NCBI GenBank assembly: GCA_043813875.1
Contig: JBDRKP010000053.1
Location: 1 to 54,834, forward strand
DNA: 54,834 bases
Direction: 5' to 3'
DNA from: an archaeon
GTDB lineage: Archaea > EX4484-52 > B79-G9
Below the pieces are notes generated by a model. It was given only the letters and a program-made list of their open reading frames with translations, had not been told where the DNA came from and ran no database searches. The stretch's first letter is position 1; each line of letters starts with the position of its first letter. Positions 28,630 through 37,501 of this stretch are shown here, one piece after another. Position numbers and translations under genes: made by a program.

Positions 28630-28806
28630 AAAAATCATGAAATTTCGAGTAAATTGGTGGATTTCAAGCTTTTTAAGCGGAGCTTAAAAGCCCTAAAAAT
28701 TGTTAAACAATTTTAGGGTCCCAAAAATCTTTGATTTTTGAGGACTTCGAGCAACGCGAGATGATTTTTATTGTCGGCATATGCTTTATACACAATAAAA
28801 AATAAT
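28630..28806. repeat. Multi-stem repeat 'C', copy 1, with two extra internal hairpins
   Basis: Colinear with 38853-38975 apart from a 54-bp insert (CCTAAAAATTG..CAATTTTAGG; CAAAAATC..GATTTTTG). Confidence 0.8.
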
Positions 28807-28918
28807 GCGGTTGACTATAGCTTAAAAGTTATCCAATTGACTACTCATGTGAACAACTATATTTATATGAATCTTTATATGAATCTATCAATATAATTAT
28901 TATATGTTGGTGGTCTGA

Positions 28919-29953
28919 ATAAATAAAATCATTTCTCTTGAGAAGGTACTTTTTGCAGTAACTCTTATTTTAGGGGCGATTATGCTCAAGCCATTTATAA
29001 TGCCTTTGCTTCTTGCAATCATAACGGCATATGTGATGTTTCCGATGGTAAACGGGTTGAGAAAGTTCTTTAAATCGTATCATTTTGCGCTGATTCTTTC
29101 GGTAGTCATCATCATAACGCCTTTGATCCTGATCATAATGTATTCTATCAATGATATCAGCCCGCTCATATGGGAGGTTACAGGCCTTAGCAAAGATATC
29201 AGTAAAAGCCTTGTCACTGTCGAAGAAGTCCTGTCTGATTATGGTGTGGAAGGGCTTGCATCAAATATACAGATCACGGTTACTGATTTAACTGAATATC
29301 TGAAGGCAGAAATGACCCGTTTTGTGTTCACGATACCTATGCTCATGCTGAATATAGCGATCTACCTGATATCGACTTATTATTTCCTGATGGACGGGGC
29401 AAAGGTCATCAGATTTGTCAATGACTATGTAAACACGTTTGAATACAGGGAAAAGAGAATGATACAGAGCATCATACTGGGATTGAAAAACAGCTTTGAT
29501 GTCCTGTTCCTGTCTTATATTACGATATCGGTTATCGTCACAATATTTGCGTGGATCGGTTTTTATCTTCTGGGTGTGCCTTATGCTGCAGCCCTTGCAT
29601 TGCTTGCCGGAATCTTCGGGTTCCTGCCACTTCTGGGCATATGGGTCATCTATACTGCTGTCGGCATGTATAAGTTAATCAATGGCGATGTGACCGGAGC
29701 GTTGCTTGTTATCAGTTATGGGGTCATCTTCCTTAATATCATACCGGATCTGTTTATCAGGCCGAGTATCGGCGCTAAAACAGGAAATGTCCATCCGATG
29801 ACCATCATTCTCGGGTTTATTGGCGGACCATTGATTTTTGGGACCAGCGGCTTTCTGATCGGACCGATATTGCTTGTGATTGTTGAAACTGTGATTGTCA
29901 GCTATATGAAATTTAATATTAATCTCGAGAAAAAAGAACAAAAAGAGAAATAA
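28919..29953 (+). CDS. AI-2E family transporter; probable ATA start
   Basis: KPFIMPLLLA, YYFLMDG, DLFIRP...VHP....GFIGG...FG..GFLIGP; first hydrophobic helix lies upstream of ATG 28982, from ATA 28919. Confidence 0.85.
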   Translation: MNKIISLEKVLFAVTLILGAIMLKPFIMPLLLAIITAYVMFPMVNGLRKFFKSYHFALILSVVIIITPLILIIMYSINDISPLIWEVTGLSKDISKSLVTVEEVLSDYGVEGLASNIQITVTDLTEYLKAEMTRFVFTIPMLMLNIAIYLISTYYFLMDGAKVIRFVNDYVNTFEYREKRMIQSIILGLKNSFDVLFLSYITISVIVTIFAWIGFYLLGVPYAAALALLAGIFGFLPLLGIWVIYTAVGMYKLINGDVTGALLVISYGVIFLNIIPDLFIRPSIGAKTGNVHPMTIILGFIGGPLIFGTSGFLIGPILLVIVETVIVSYMKFNINLEKKEQKEK

Positions 29954-29971
29954 ATAAATTTGTAATCTCTT

Positions 29972-30526
29972 TCACATCTCATCGGTTCTTGGCGGAGATG
30001 TAAACAGATACCATTTTTCCATGCCGTCCAGTTCGTCCATGATTCTTTTGATTACTGATTTTTTGGGGTCGGGGAGAAGAGGCACTCGTTTTTTCAGGTC
30101 TTCAAAACTTTCGAATGGCTTTTTTTTGCGCTCGTCTATTATCTGCCACATATGTTTCTTGCCGATGCTTGGCAATAGCTCTAGTTGATGCTGCTTTGTT
30201 GTAAGCGGACCTGCTTTGTTGAAAAAATCGATGAATTTTGTTTCATTTCTATCTATCAATGATTCTATTGCGAATTTCAGTTCGGAATGGGCTGTTGCTG
30301 TAAGTTTTGATGGCTCAATGCGTCCTATAATCGATTTTACCTGATCCCGTTTACCGGCACCAATGTATACCCGATCCTGACTTTTCAGAATGACGTCATC
30401 TCTTGGTATTATCTCGAGAATGTTAAAGTGCTCTTCACCAAGCACCTGGGCAACCGGAACTGAGCGTGACTGGATAGCATGTCCATGTTTCAAAAAATCA
30501 AGTACAATCCCCCACTCATCTTTCAT
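29972..30526 (-). CDS. DUF655 family putative RNA-binding protein
   Basis: VLDFL, HQLELLPSIGKK helix-hairpin-helix, PFESFEDL; conserved position after rpoF. Confidence 0.9.
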   Translation of the reverse strand: MKDEWGIVLDFLKHGHAIQSRSVPVAQVLGEEHFNILEIIPRDDVILKSQDRVYIGAGKRDQVKSIIGRIEPSKLTATAHSELKFAIESLIDRNETKFIDFFNKAGPLTTKQHQLELLPSIGKKHMWQIIDERKKKPFESFEDLKKRVPLLPDPKKSVIKRIMDELDGMEKWYLFTSPPRTDEM

Positions 30527-30544
30527 AATATTACCTTCTATATA

Positions 30545-30889
30545 TTATTTTTTCTTTTCTTTTGGTCTTGCTTTATTTATTATACCTGCGATTTTTGCTA
30601 TTTTGTCCGGTTCAAGTTTCATTCTCTCTTTCATAAATAAAGTGTTTATCTCATCTACATCTTTTGGCAACATGTTCACGAGTGTGATTATCTGATGATC
30701 TTTTATTCCTTCGATTTTTGATAGTTCTTCGCGTACTGCTTTTAATTCTTTTTCATCCAGAGTTGTTACAGTTCTTAGATAGTCAAGCGTGATTTTTTGT
30801 TCATGACCAAGCTCTTTTTCTTTTTCCATTTTTGTTAACACTTCTCTCACTTCTAAAAAAGGAATTGGTTTTGTCTCTATTATTTTCAT
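30545..30889 (-). CDS. rpoF: RNA polymerase subunit F (Rpo4)
   Basis: EV..VL, EQKITLDYL, VNMLPKD; lies between rpl21e and DUF655. Confidence 0.85.
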   Translation of the reverse strand: MKIIETKPIPFLEVREVLTKMEKEKELGHEQKITLDYLRTVTTLDEKELKAVREELSKIEGIKDHQIITLVNMLPKDVDEINTLFMKERMKLEPDKIAKIAGIINKARPKEKKK

Positions 30890-30908
30890 TGATTTCACCT
30901 GTGAAATG

Positions 30909-31220
30909 TTAATTTAAAGGATTTGGGTTCAAAGGCTTTATGTGCTCTGGTGATGCGATAAGTGTTTTTGGCTTGTTCTGGTCCTTTACTGCGAGGATGT
31001 AGGCTCGGCCTCTTTTTTCGATAACACTTCCGATAGTGCCATGATAGCGTGGGTGCGGCATGCCATTCTGGAAGGATGGCTGGAGATATACTACTACCTT
31101 TGAACCAATTTCTATTTCCTTGAGCCTTTGTGTTATTGTCAGCTTGGCCCTGGTTTTCTGTTTAAGCGTCTGTCTTGTTTTGTTCCTGAATCCTCTTGAT
31201 CGTCTCATTTCTTTCACCAT
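30909..31220 (-). CDS. rpl21e: 50S ribosomal protein L21e
   Basis: SRGFRNKTR, GMPHPRYHG..G.V..KRGRAY, PEHIK. Confidence 0.95.
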   Translation of the reverse strand: MVKEMRRSRGFRNKTRQTLKQKTRAKLTITQRLKEIEIGSKVVVYLQPSFQNGMPHPRYHGTIGSVIEKRGRAYILAVKDQNKPKTLIASPEHIKPLNPNPLN

Positions 31221-31245
31221 TGTTTGTCGTTGAGTAAAGCATCAT

Positions 31246-31396
31246 TCGCCAAAGACATAACTCTTTAGAATCATGTCTTTGTCATATCCTTAAAATCGCC
31301 TTGCGATTTTAGGATCCACAAACCTTTGGTTTGCCCGGATAGTTAACGCCTTTTGTTTGTTGGTTTAAGTTGTCATTGATGTTACGACGTTAACTA
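31246..31396. mobile_element. Degenerate A+B element with two small hairpins inserted at the A/B junction
   Basis: A' 31246-31286 (AAAGACAT/ATGTCTTT); hairpins 31287-31339; B 31340-31396 (TAGTTAACG/CGTTAACTA). Confidence 0.65.
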
Positions 31397-31398
31397 TA

Positions 31399-31497
31399 TA
31401 GTAAAAGTCATAACTTTTTAGACTAATGACTTTTACATCTAGTTAACACCGTTTTGTTTTTTGGTTCAATTTGTCCAACTATTAACGATGTTAACTA
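31399..31497. mobile_element. TA-flanked A+B hairpin element, tandem copy
   Basis: TA|TAGTAAAAGTCAT...ATGACTTTT...TAGTTAACA...TGTTAACTA|TA; 99 bp. Confidence 0.8.
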
Positions 31498-31593
31498 TAC
31501 TTACAATTATTTGAATCATGCTTCTTTCTTATGTATTCTCCCGGAAATATTATAAAGCTTGCGGAAGAAGAAGGGACGGTCTGTACGAATCAG

Positions 31594-32850
31594 TCATTCC
31601 ACGTTCAGGACTGTGAGATCGACTACTTCTATATCTGTTTCCAGGAGCTTTGCGATTGACGGATTTGTCCTGTTGCTGTCGCCGGTTGCCAGCTCTTTTA
31701 TGTAGAGGCCTGCCTGGGTTTTCAATTCTACTTTAAGATGACCGTCTTTTTCAAGGGAGTATCTGACTGAGTAGACAGCTCGCTTTCGTTCGATGTCGGC
31801 TCTGCGGTGCTTTACGCGATCCGGGGTTTTCTGGATTATTGTGCCGACGAGTTGATCGAGCTTTTTTAGGTCTGTCTTTTTTATCGGTTTTGCGGTCTTT
31901 AGTCTCAGAAGATATGTCTTGTCGGGATGTGTGCTTTTTATATTCTGTACTTCGCTCTTGTCCGAGCATCTTAGGCCATCGACCTCTATCTGATTTTTCG
32001 ATGATGCGTTTATGTCTTTTTGTAGTTTTTTTAGGTCCAGGTTTCTTTTGCGCGGCTCAAGGACTTCGATCACAAAGGGGCGCCAGCCAAGGCACAGGAC
32101 GTCGACGTCTTCGCGGCCCTGCCCGTGGAATTTCGTGTCTATGCCTTCGGTTGCGCAAAGGAGCGGCTCTCCTGCCAGCTGCTGGACGCTTGTCGTATAG
32201 GTGAGGCCGCGCCAAGCGCATCTGTCGCATCCGCTGCCGTGGCAGTCAGGGCAGTAGTGTTTTGTCTGGGGGATCTTTGCATATTTCTTGTATCTACCGT
32301 ATATGAAGAATGAGTTTATTGCGACTTCAATCGCGTTCCTGTCCAGATTCAGGAGGACTACGATATCCGGGTTCTTGAGGTCGACTTCTTTTTTTGTCTT
32401 TTTTGATACGAGTTTTCCTGTCTCTCTTGCAAGCTCTTTTTTTATGGATTCTGTGCTCTCTATGCCTGATGCATCCCATAAGGCCTCTTCGTTATTGAGG
32501 AGCTTTTCTGAAAGCCTCACTCCTATGTGGAATGTCTCGTATTCAAGGTCTTTTATCTCTTTTAATATCTTCAGGGTAATTTTGGGGAGGCTGTCAAAGA
32601 GGCCGTCGCAGACGTAGCATGCTGTTTTTTTTGGTTCTATCTTCTTGTTCCTGAAATTGATGCCGACGAAGTTCGACGGGTCAATGCAATTGTCTTTGTT
32701 TTCGGCTTCCATCGCAAGGACGAGCCTTATGGCTCTGCCGCGCTCCTTGTTTGTGCAACCCGACAGGAGCTGTGCAAACTGACGGCCAAGACAGTTGTCG
32801 CAGACATAGCCTTTTTTCAGTATCTGACGTGAAGAATCCATCATTTCCAT
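31594..32850 (-). CDS. pus10: tRNA pseudouridine(54/55) synthase Pus10
   Basis: CDNCLGRQFA, THUMP-like region, GREDVDV catalytic motif, GLYIKEL..GD..RT.PS. Confidence 0.93.
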   Translation of the reverse strand: MEMMDSSRQILKKGYVCDNCLGRQFAQLLSGCTNKERGRAIRLVLAMEAENKDNCIDPSNFVGINFRNKKIEPKKTACYVCDGLFDSLPKITLKILKEIKDLEYETFHIGVRLSEKLLNNEEALWDASGIESTESIKKELARETGKLVSKKTKKEVDLKNPDIVVLLNLDRNAIEVAINSFFIYGRYKKYAKIPQTKHYCPDCHGSGCDRCAWRGLTYTTSVQQLAGEPLLCATEGIDTKFHGQGREDVDVLCLGWRPFVIEVLEPRKRNLDLKKLQKDINASSKNQIEVDGLRCSDKSEVQNIKSTHPDKTYLLRLKTAKPIKKTDLKKLDQLVGTIIQKTPDRVKHRRADIERKRAVYSVRYSLEKDGHLKVELKTQAGLYIKELATGDSNRTNPSIAKLLETDIEVVDLTVLNVE

Positions 32851-32970
32851 GTTATCACCGTTGCTCTCACGACAAATAGTGGGTGTGAATTATATAAATG
32901 TTGTTTTTTGCACTCCTTCAGGGTTGAAACCACCAATATTTTTATACTGCGGAGGACATAAGTATCAGAT

Positions 32971-33495
32971 ATGAGCAAACTACTGATGGCTAGTGTTCTT
33001 ATCATTGCCATACTTTTTCCTGTATCCGTATATGCGCTGAACGAGAGGATCGTGTCGATATACGATGAAGAGCCGAAAGTAATTGCTCTTGGCGATACTG
33101 AAAAGGTAGACCTGATTGTCAAAAACGTGAATGGTTTCAACACCACAGTCGATATTTATATCGGTTCGGATGATCCCGCTTTTAGAAACTGGATATGGCT
33201 TGAGAACCACCGCTACGGCGAGAACAGAGTACATATGAAGGCAGAGCTTTCCCCTCATGAGGAAAGGAGTGTCATAGTCAATGTCTTTGGGGGCAGGACG
33301 GGCAAATATCACCTTATCGTGGGACCTGACGGCAGCAATATCGACGATAGATATGATTCGACAGAGATTATTGTCGTGAACCGGAATGCTGGCGGAATGT
33401 ATTCAAGTTATCCTGATGGCGGGTTCATAGGCATCATGGTCATTCTTGTTGTCGCAGCGAAAGTTTTATTAAGAAGGACAGACATAATTGAATAG
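32971..33495 (+). CDS. Secreted protein with a candidate C-terminal archaeosortase sorting signal
   Basis: Signal peptide; beta-rich body; C-terminal PDGGF + hydrophobic helix + RR. Confidence 0.65.
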   Translation: MSKLLMASVLIIAILFPVSVYALNERIVSIYDEEPKVIALGDTEKVDLIVKNVNGFNTTVDIYIGSDDPAFRNWIWLENHRYGENRVHMKAELSPHEERSVIVNVFGGRTGKYHLIVGPDGSNIDDRYDSTEIIVVNRNAGGMYSSYPDGGFIGIMVILVVAAKVLLRRTDIIE

Positions 33496-33543
33496 CAGAT
33501 GTGGGAATACATATCTGTATTTTCTAAAAGGGAGATGGAGAAT

Positions 33544-33657
33544 ATGCAAAAATTCAAATGCAAAGAATGCGGGACTGAGAAAAAGGTCAAGACCAGTGAT
33601 GCGGAGCTGTTCCACAATCCGATGTGCTGCGGAAAAAAGATGTTTATCGCAAGCTAG
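33544..33657 (+). CDS. 37-aa desulforedoxin-like metal-binding microprotein (not in ORF track)
   Basis: GGAG SD; MQKFKCKECG-TEKKVKTSDAELFHN-PMCCGKKMFIAS*. Confidence 0.7.
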   Translation: MQKFKCKECGTEKKVKTSDAELFHNPMCCGKKMFIAS

Positions 33658-33727
33658 ATTGCGAGATCATCTGAATATTTTTATCTTTTTGAAGGTTGTT
33701 TTAGCCCATCCGGGTCTTGTGAAAATC

Positions 33728-34342
33728 ATGTCTTTTATGAGAGTCATTGAGGAGATGTGGGACAGGTTCGAGACGAAAGTGGTCTTCAGCCTTGATTCCA
33801 AGCAGAGGAGGCTGTGGGAAGTATTCGTGTTCCTTATGAGGTTCCTGATTCTTGCGGTCCCGCTGCATGTGCTTCTGTGGCTTAATTTCGATGCCTATCT
33901 TTTGCAGATATGGACTGCAAAGATTGTCTCGTTCTTCCTTTATGCCGCGGGTGTTGCTCATGAGACAGCAGGCATATTCTTGTTTGTGCCTCTTGGAAGT
34001 CTACAGTGGACTATCGAGATCATCAAGGATTGCGTCGGATGGAAGTCTTTTATGGCAGTATCCGGATTGATGTTTGCGGTCAGAAAGGTCAGGCTGGAAA
34101 AGAGGATTGCGGGGGTTCTGGTGGCGGCGCCGATCATTTATTTCGGCAATGCATTCCGTATATTCAGTTCTATTTATCTTACGCGGATTTTCGGGTTTGA
34201 GTGGTTTGATTTCATCCACGGATTCTTGTGGCAGTGGGGGTTGATTGCGCTTGTTATACTGATCTGGTGGGTGTGGCTTGAGAAGTTCGCGGATGCTACG
34301 GGGGCACATCCAGGCACAAGGCGGAAAACAAAAAGAAAATGA
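33728..34342 (+). CDS. Exosortase/archaeosortase family protein
   Basis: IEIIKDCVG (Cys), GNAFRI (Arg), FDFIH (His); multi-pass membrane. Confidence 0.85.
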   Translation: MSFMRVIEEMWDRFETKVVFSLDSKQRRLWEVFVFLMRFLILAVPLHVLLWLNFDAYLLQIWTAKIVSFFLYAAGVAHETAGIFLFVPLGSLQWTIEIIKDCVGWKSFMAVSGLMFAVRKVRLEKRIAGVLVAAPIIYFGNAFRIFSSIYLTRIFGFEWFDFIHGFLWQWGLIALVILIWWVWLEKFADATGAHPGTRRKTKRK

Positions 34343-34386
34343 GCCACATTTATTGATAATCGGCATTCTGTGCATGCTGGAACAGG

Positions 34387-35352
34387 TCATTTCAAGAAGA
34401 CATGCCCTACGCGCCTGTCCCAGATCCATGGGTCTTCTGTGTTTGCGTTCTGTTTCAGGGTTATGAACTGGAAGAGCTTTGCGTCGGCGTCGTCTGCGTA
34501 GTGGATGGCGACAGCTTCTGCGAACTGGGGTTTTTTGGGTGCGCCCCATTCGAGTTCCTTGTGGTGGGAGAGTATCATGTGCGCAATCTTCAGTTTCAGG
34601 ATTTGCGGGAAGCCTTCAATCTTTTTTATCCTGTCCAATACCATCTGTTCGCCGATCACCACATGGCCGCGAAGCATCCCCTCTTCTGAGATGTCTATGC
34701 TTGTCGTGGTTGTGAATTCCTTTACTTTGCCGATGTCGTGAAGTATCGCGCCTGTGATGGCAAGATTGCGGTCGAGGCGGATGTGGACTGCTGCGAGGGC
34801 GTCCACGATCTTTGTCACAGCAAGCGTGTGTTCAAGGAGACCACCGATATAGTTCGAGTGGATGTGCATTGAAGCAGGAGAAGATCTGAACTGGTCTATA
34901 AATTTACTGTCATGGAAGAATGAATCGAGCAATGATTTCATGTGAGGGTCTGTTATGGAGATGATATATTGCGACAGCTGGGCGAACATCTGGTCTATGT
35001 CGTTTTCGGTGTGGGGGATGAAGTCTTCGATATTGTATTCGGCGCGGGTGCATTTTTTGAATATGTGCTGTTCAGGGTTCACTGATATCTGGAGATTGTC
35101 CTGATATTCGCCGACAATACCTGAGAGCTCTATAACGTCGTTGGTGTTGAAGGAATCGTATAGTTTCTGGGCCGCGTCACGGTTTCTGTCGCCCCAGTAG
35201 GTGATCGTGATCTCGCCGGTCTTGTCTGAACCGCGTACGTCGAAGCGGTAACCTTTTGCGTATTCTCTCAGTGGTTTTTTGAATTTCACTGCGAATTTCG
35301 AATGTATCTGGTTCCCTGATTTGAAGTCCTTTATGAATTCTTTTTTGTCCAT
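34387..35352 (-). CDS. OB-fold + HD 3'-5' exoribonuclease (YhaM-like)
   Basis: DKTGEI OB fold, H...GGLLEHT, LHDIGK, GH, SHH, HYADD. Confidence 0.9.
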   Translation of the reverse strand: MDKKEFIKDFKSGNQIHSKFAVKFKKPLREYAKGYRFDVRGSDKTGEITITYWGDRNRDAAQKLYDSFNTNDVIELSGIVGEYQDNLQISVNPEQHIFKKCTRAEYNIEDFIPHTENDIDQMFAQLSQYIISITDPHMKSLLDSFFHDSKFIDQFRSSPASMHIHSNYIGGLLEHTLAVTKIVDALAAVHIRLDRNLAITGAILHDIGKVKEFTTTTSIDISEEGMLRGHVVIGEQMVLDRIKKIEGFPQILKLKIAHMILSHHKELEWGAPKKPQFAEAVAIHYADDADAKLFQFITLKQNANTEDPWIWDRRVGHVFLK

Positions 35353-35378
35353 ATAGTATTATTCTTAAGAGAAATATT

Positions 35379-36317
35379 TTAAGGGTTTGTACTATCCGGT
35401 GTTTTTTGACCTGCTATACGAAACGCGAGGTACCAGAAAAAGGTTATCCAGAGGAAGTACAGGATCCAGCCGAGATGCGTGTGCATGAATGTCATGGCGC
35501 CGTTCCCGTAGCGGAGGCCGACAAGGAAAAGCGTGCTGATCCTTAATACGTTTGATGCGATTGTCCCTGCTATGCCGATCGCGAGCAGAAGGGCTTTTTT
35601 AGGGATGGATAGCCTCATGTCCCAGGCAAGTGCGAGGAATGCGGCGCTAAATACTGATAGCGATGTTATTCCAGAACAGAGTATCCCTACGAAGACCTGG
35701 TATGAATTGTCTGCCATCACAAGGGTTGTTCCGCCATCTGTCGGTATTGCGTTTGTATGGATACCAATTAACGAGAGTACAAGCTGTACGGCCGGAGTTA
35801 TCAGCTCTATCAGCGGCATGGCTATTGAATGGAATCTGAAGTCGATTGCGCCGGATGAGTGATATTCATATGCTGCGGCAGGCAATACCATCAGCCCGAG
35901 TATGATGAAGAAGCGCAGTGAAAAGAGGATCATGGGTGACTTGAGGTTGATTTTTTTTGATATTGTCCTCTGGACGGATTTCTGGTTCAGGGCGAGCGCA
36001 AGGAGAAAATAGATGGCTGCAAAGAATAATGGGATCTTGGGGTTCATGTTTCTTGTGTAGAATATGAGGAAGAGAAATATCACAGAGACTATGAAGAATG
36101 ATGAGAATCCTTCAAGTTCCTTTTTTTTGATCTTTTTGTCTAGCAGTTGGTGCGCGAAGAGGAATCCTGATGCCAGAAGGAATGTCATGAAGGTGAGGAT
36201 TATCTGGACCCTGTTGAAGTCGTTATGGACGAACCCGTGATAGAATATCTCGAAAAAGTAGAGGAATGAGCCGAGCAGGAGTATTATGGAAAGATACTGG
36301 ATGTTTGAGAGTTTCAT
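35379..36317 (-). CDS. Exosortase/archaeosortase family protein (ArtC-like)
   Basis: VGILCSGITS, SNVLRI, FMHTHLGW; about 8-9 hydrophobic helices. Confidence 0.85.
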   Translation of the reverse strand: MKLSNIQYLSIILLLGSFLYFFEIFYHGFVHNDFNRVQIILTFMTFLLASGFLFAHQLLDKKIKKKELEGFSSFFIVSVIFLFLIFYTRNMNPKIPLFFAAIYFLLALALNQKSVQRTISKKINLKSPMILFSLRFFIILGLMVLPAAAYEYHSSGAIDFRFHSIAMPLIELITPAVQLVLSLIGIHTNAIPTDGGTTLVMADNSYQVFVGILCSGITSLSVFSAAFLALAWDMRLSIPKKALLLAIGIAGTIASNVLRISTLFLVGLRYGNGAMTFMHTHLGWILYFLWITFFWYLAFRIAGQKTPDSTNP

Positions 36318-36364
36318 TCTTGATTATTGAAAGAGAATTTTAAAAAATGTTGCCAGACTTATGG

Positions 36365-37333
36365 TTACTGTATTTCTCCGCGGTAGAATTTGGCTGCATC
36401 TTCGGGTGGGACGGGGTTTATTATGGTGCCGGTCTCAAGCTCGAAGCCTGCCCAGACGGTTAAGCGCGGAAGGATCTCTACATGGAAGTGGAAGTTGCTG
36501 GATTTGTCTATGATAGTATGAAACAGGATGTTGTAGGGGGTGTTTCCTATGTCTTTGAGTCTTGTGAGTATCGTTTTCAAGGAGTCTGCGAATCCGTGAA
36601 GCTCCTCATCTGTGAGTTCACCTATGCCTGCGACATGCCTTGTGGGGAAAAGCCAGATCTCGAAGGGGAATCTTGAGGCGTAGGGCGTGAATGCGACTGT
36701 ATGGCGGGTGTTTAATACGCCACGGGTACTGTTCTTTTCGCGGGCGATTATGTCGCAGAATGCGCATCTCTTTTCGATGACGTAGTGCCTGTAGGATGAT
36801 TCAAGCTCGTGCTTTATGACTGAGGGGATGTTGTTGTATGCGATTATCTGGGTGTGTGAGTGGACGATGGATGCGCCGGCGTCGCGGCCTTTGTTCTTGA
36901 ATACGGAGACATAGTCTATCTCGGGGTCTTTCATGTGTTCGCTGATCCTTGATATGATTATGTCGAGCACCTTCTTTATGTGGTCCGCTGGCAGGTCTTC
37001 TAGCTCTTTTCCGTGCTCGGCTGTCTCGATGACTATCTCGTGCCTGCCGTAGGCGCTTGCAAAGGTGTAGAAGTGGTTGTCTGTCTTAATGCCGGGTGTG
37101 CCGTTCGGTTTTACTGCGGGGTATTTGTTCGGGATGACGCGGATGATCCATTTCGAGTCCTGTTCTACCCTCGATATCTCCGGAGGGGTCATGTGCTCAT
37201 TGCCGGGGCAGAAATAGCAGGTCTTTGGGCTCTCTTCTTTCTTTTCTGTCCTGAAGTCGTGCGGGCGTTTTGAGCGATCGGATGATATTATAACCCAACG
37301 GTCTGTTAGGTAGTCTTTGCGCAGTTCGTTCAT
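36365..37333 (-). CDS. galT: Galactose-1-phosphate uridylyltransferase family protein
   Basis: ELRKD....WVI...R.KRP, CYFCPGNE, NKYPA, GASIVHSHTQ, HFHVEILPR, AGFELETG. Confidence 0.9.
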   Translation of the reverse strand: MNELRKDYLTDRWVIISSDRSKRPHDFRTEKKEESPKTCYFCPGNEHMTPPEISRVEQDSKWIIRVIPNKYPAVKPNGTPGIKTDNHFYTFASAYGRHEIVIETAEHGKELEDLPADHIKKVLDIIISRISEHMKDPEIDYVSVFKNKGRDAGASIVHSHTQIIAYNNIPSVIKHELESSYRHYVIEKRCAFCDIIAREKNSTRGVLNTRHTVAFTPYASRFPFEIWLFPTRHVAGIGELTDEELHGFADSLKTILTRLKDIGNTPYNILFHTIIDKSSNFHFHVEILPRLTVWAGFELETGTIINPVPPEDAAKFYRGEIQ

Positions 37334-37501
37334 CTGTCTATTATAGGCTTTGGTCTATATTAAGTTTTTTTGGAGTTTTTGGTTTCTGTAATAATTTTTT
37401 TTGCGAATTGAGCGCTTTCTCTGGATTAGAGGGGAGTTTTATGTGCTTTTGTGAATATAACTCCGTCTTAAGTGAAATCGCTGACGGGGACCGACATATA
37501 A

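Noticed and set aside
31246-31499. Tandem repeats as a possible CRISPR array
   Set aside because: Units are non-identical 41-58-bp hairpins with no unique spacers of uniform length, and no cas genes are in the window
33488-33727. 80-aa N-terminal extension of the archaeosortase ORF
   Set aside because: It overlaps a better-supported CxxC/CC microprotein in another frame and has no sortase-like character
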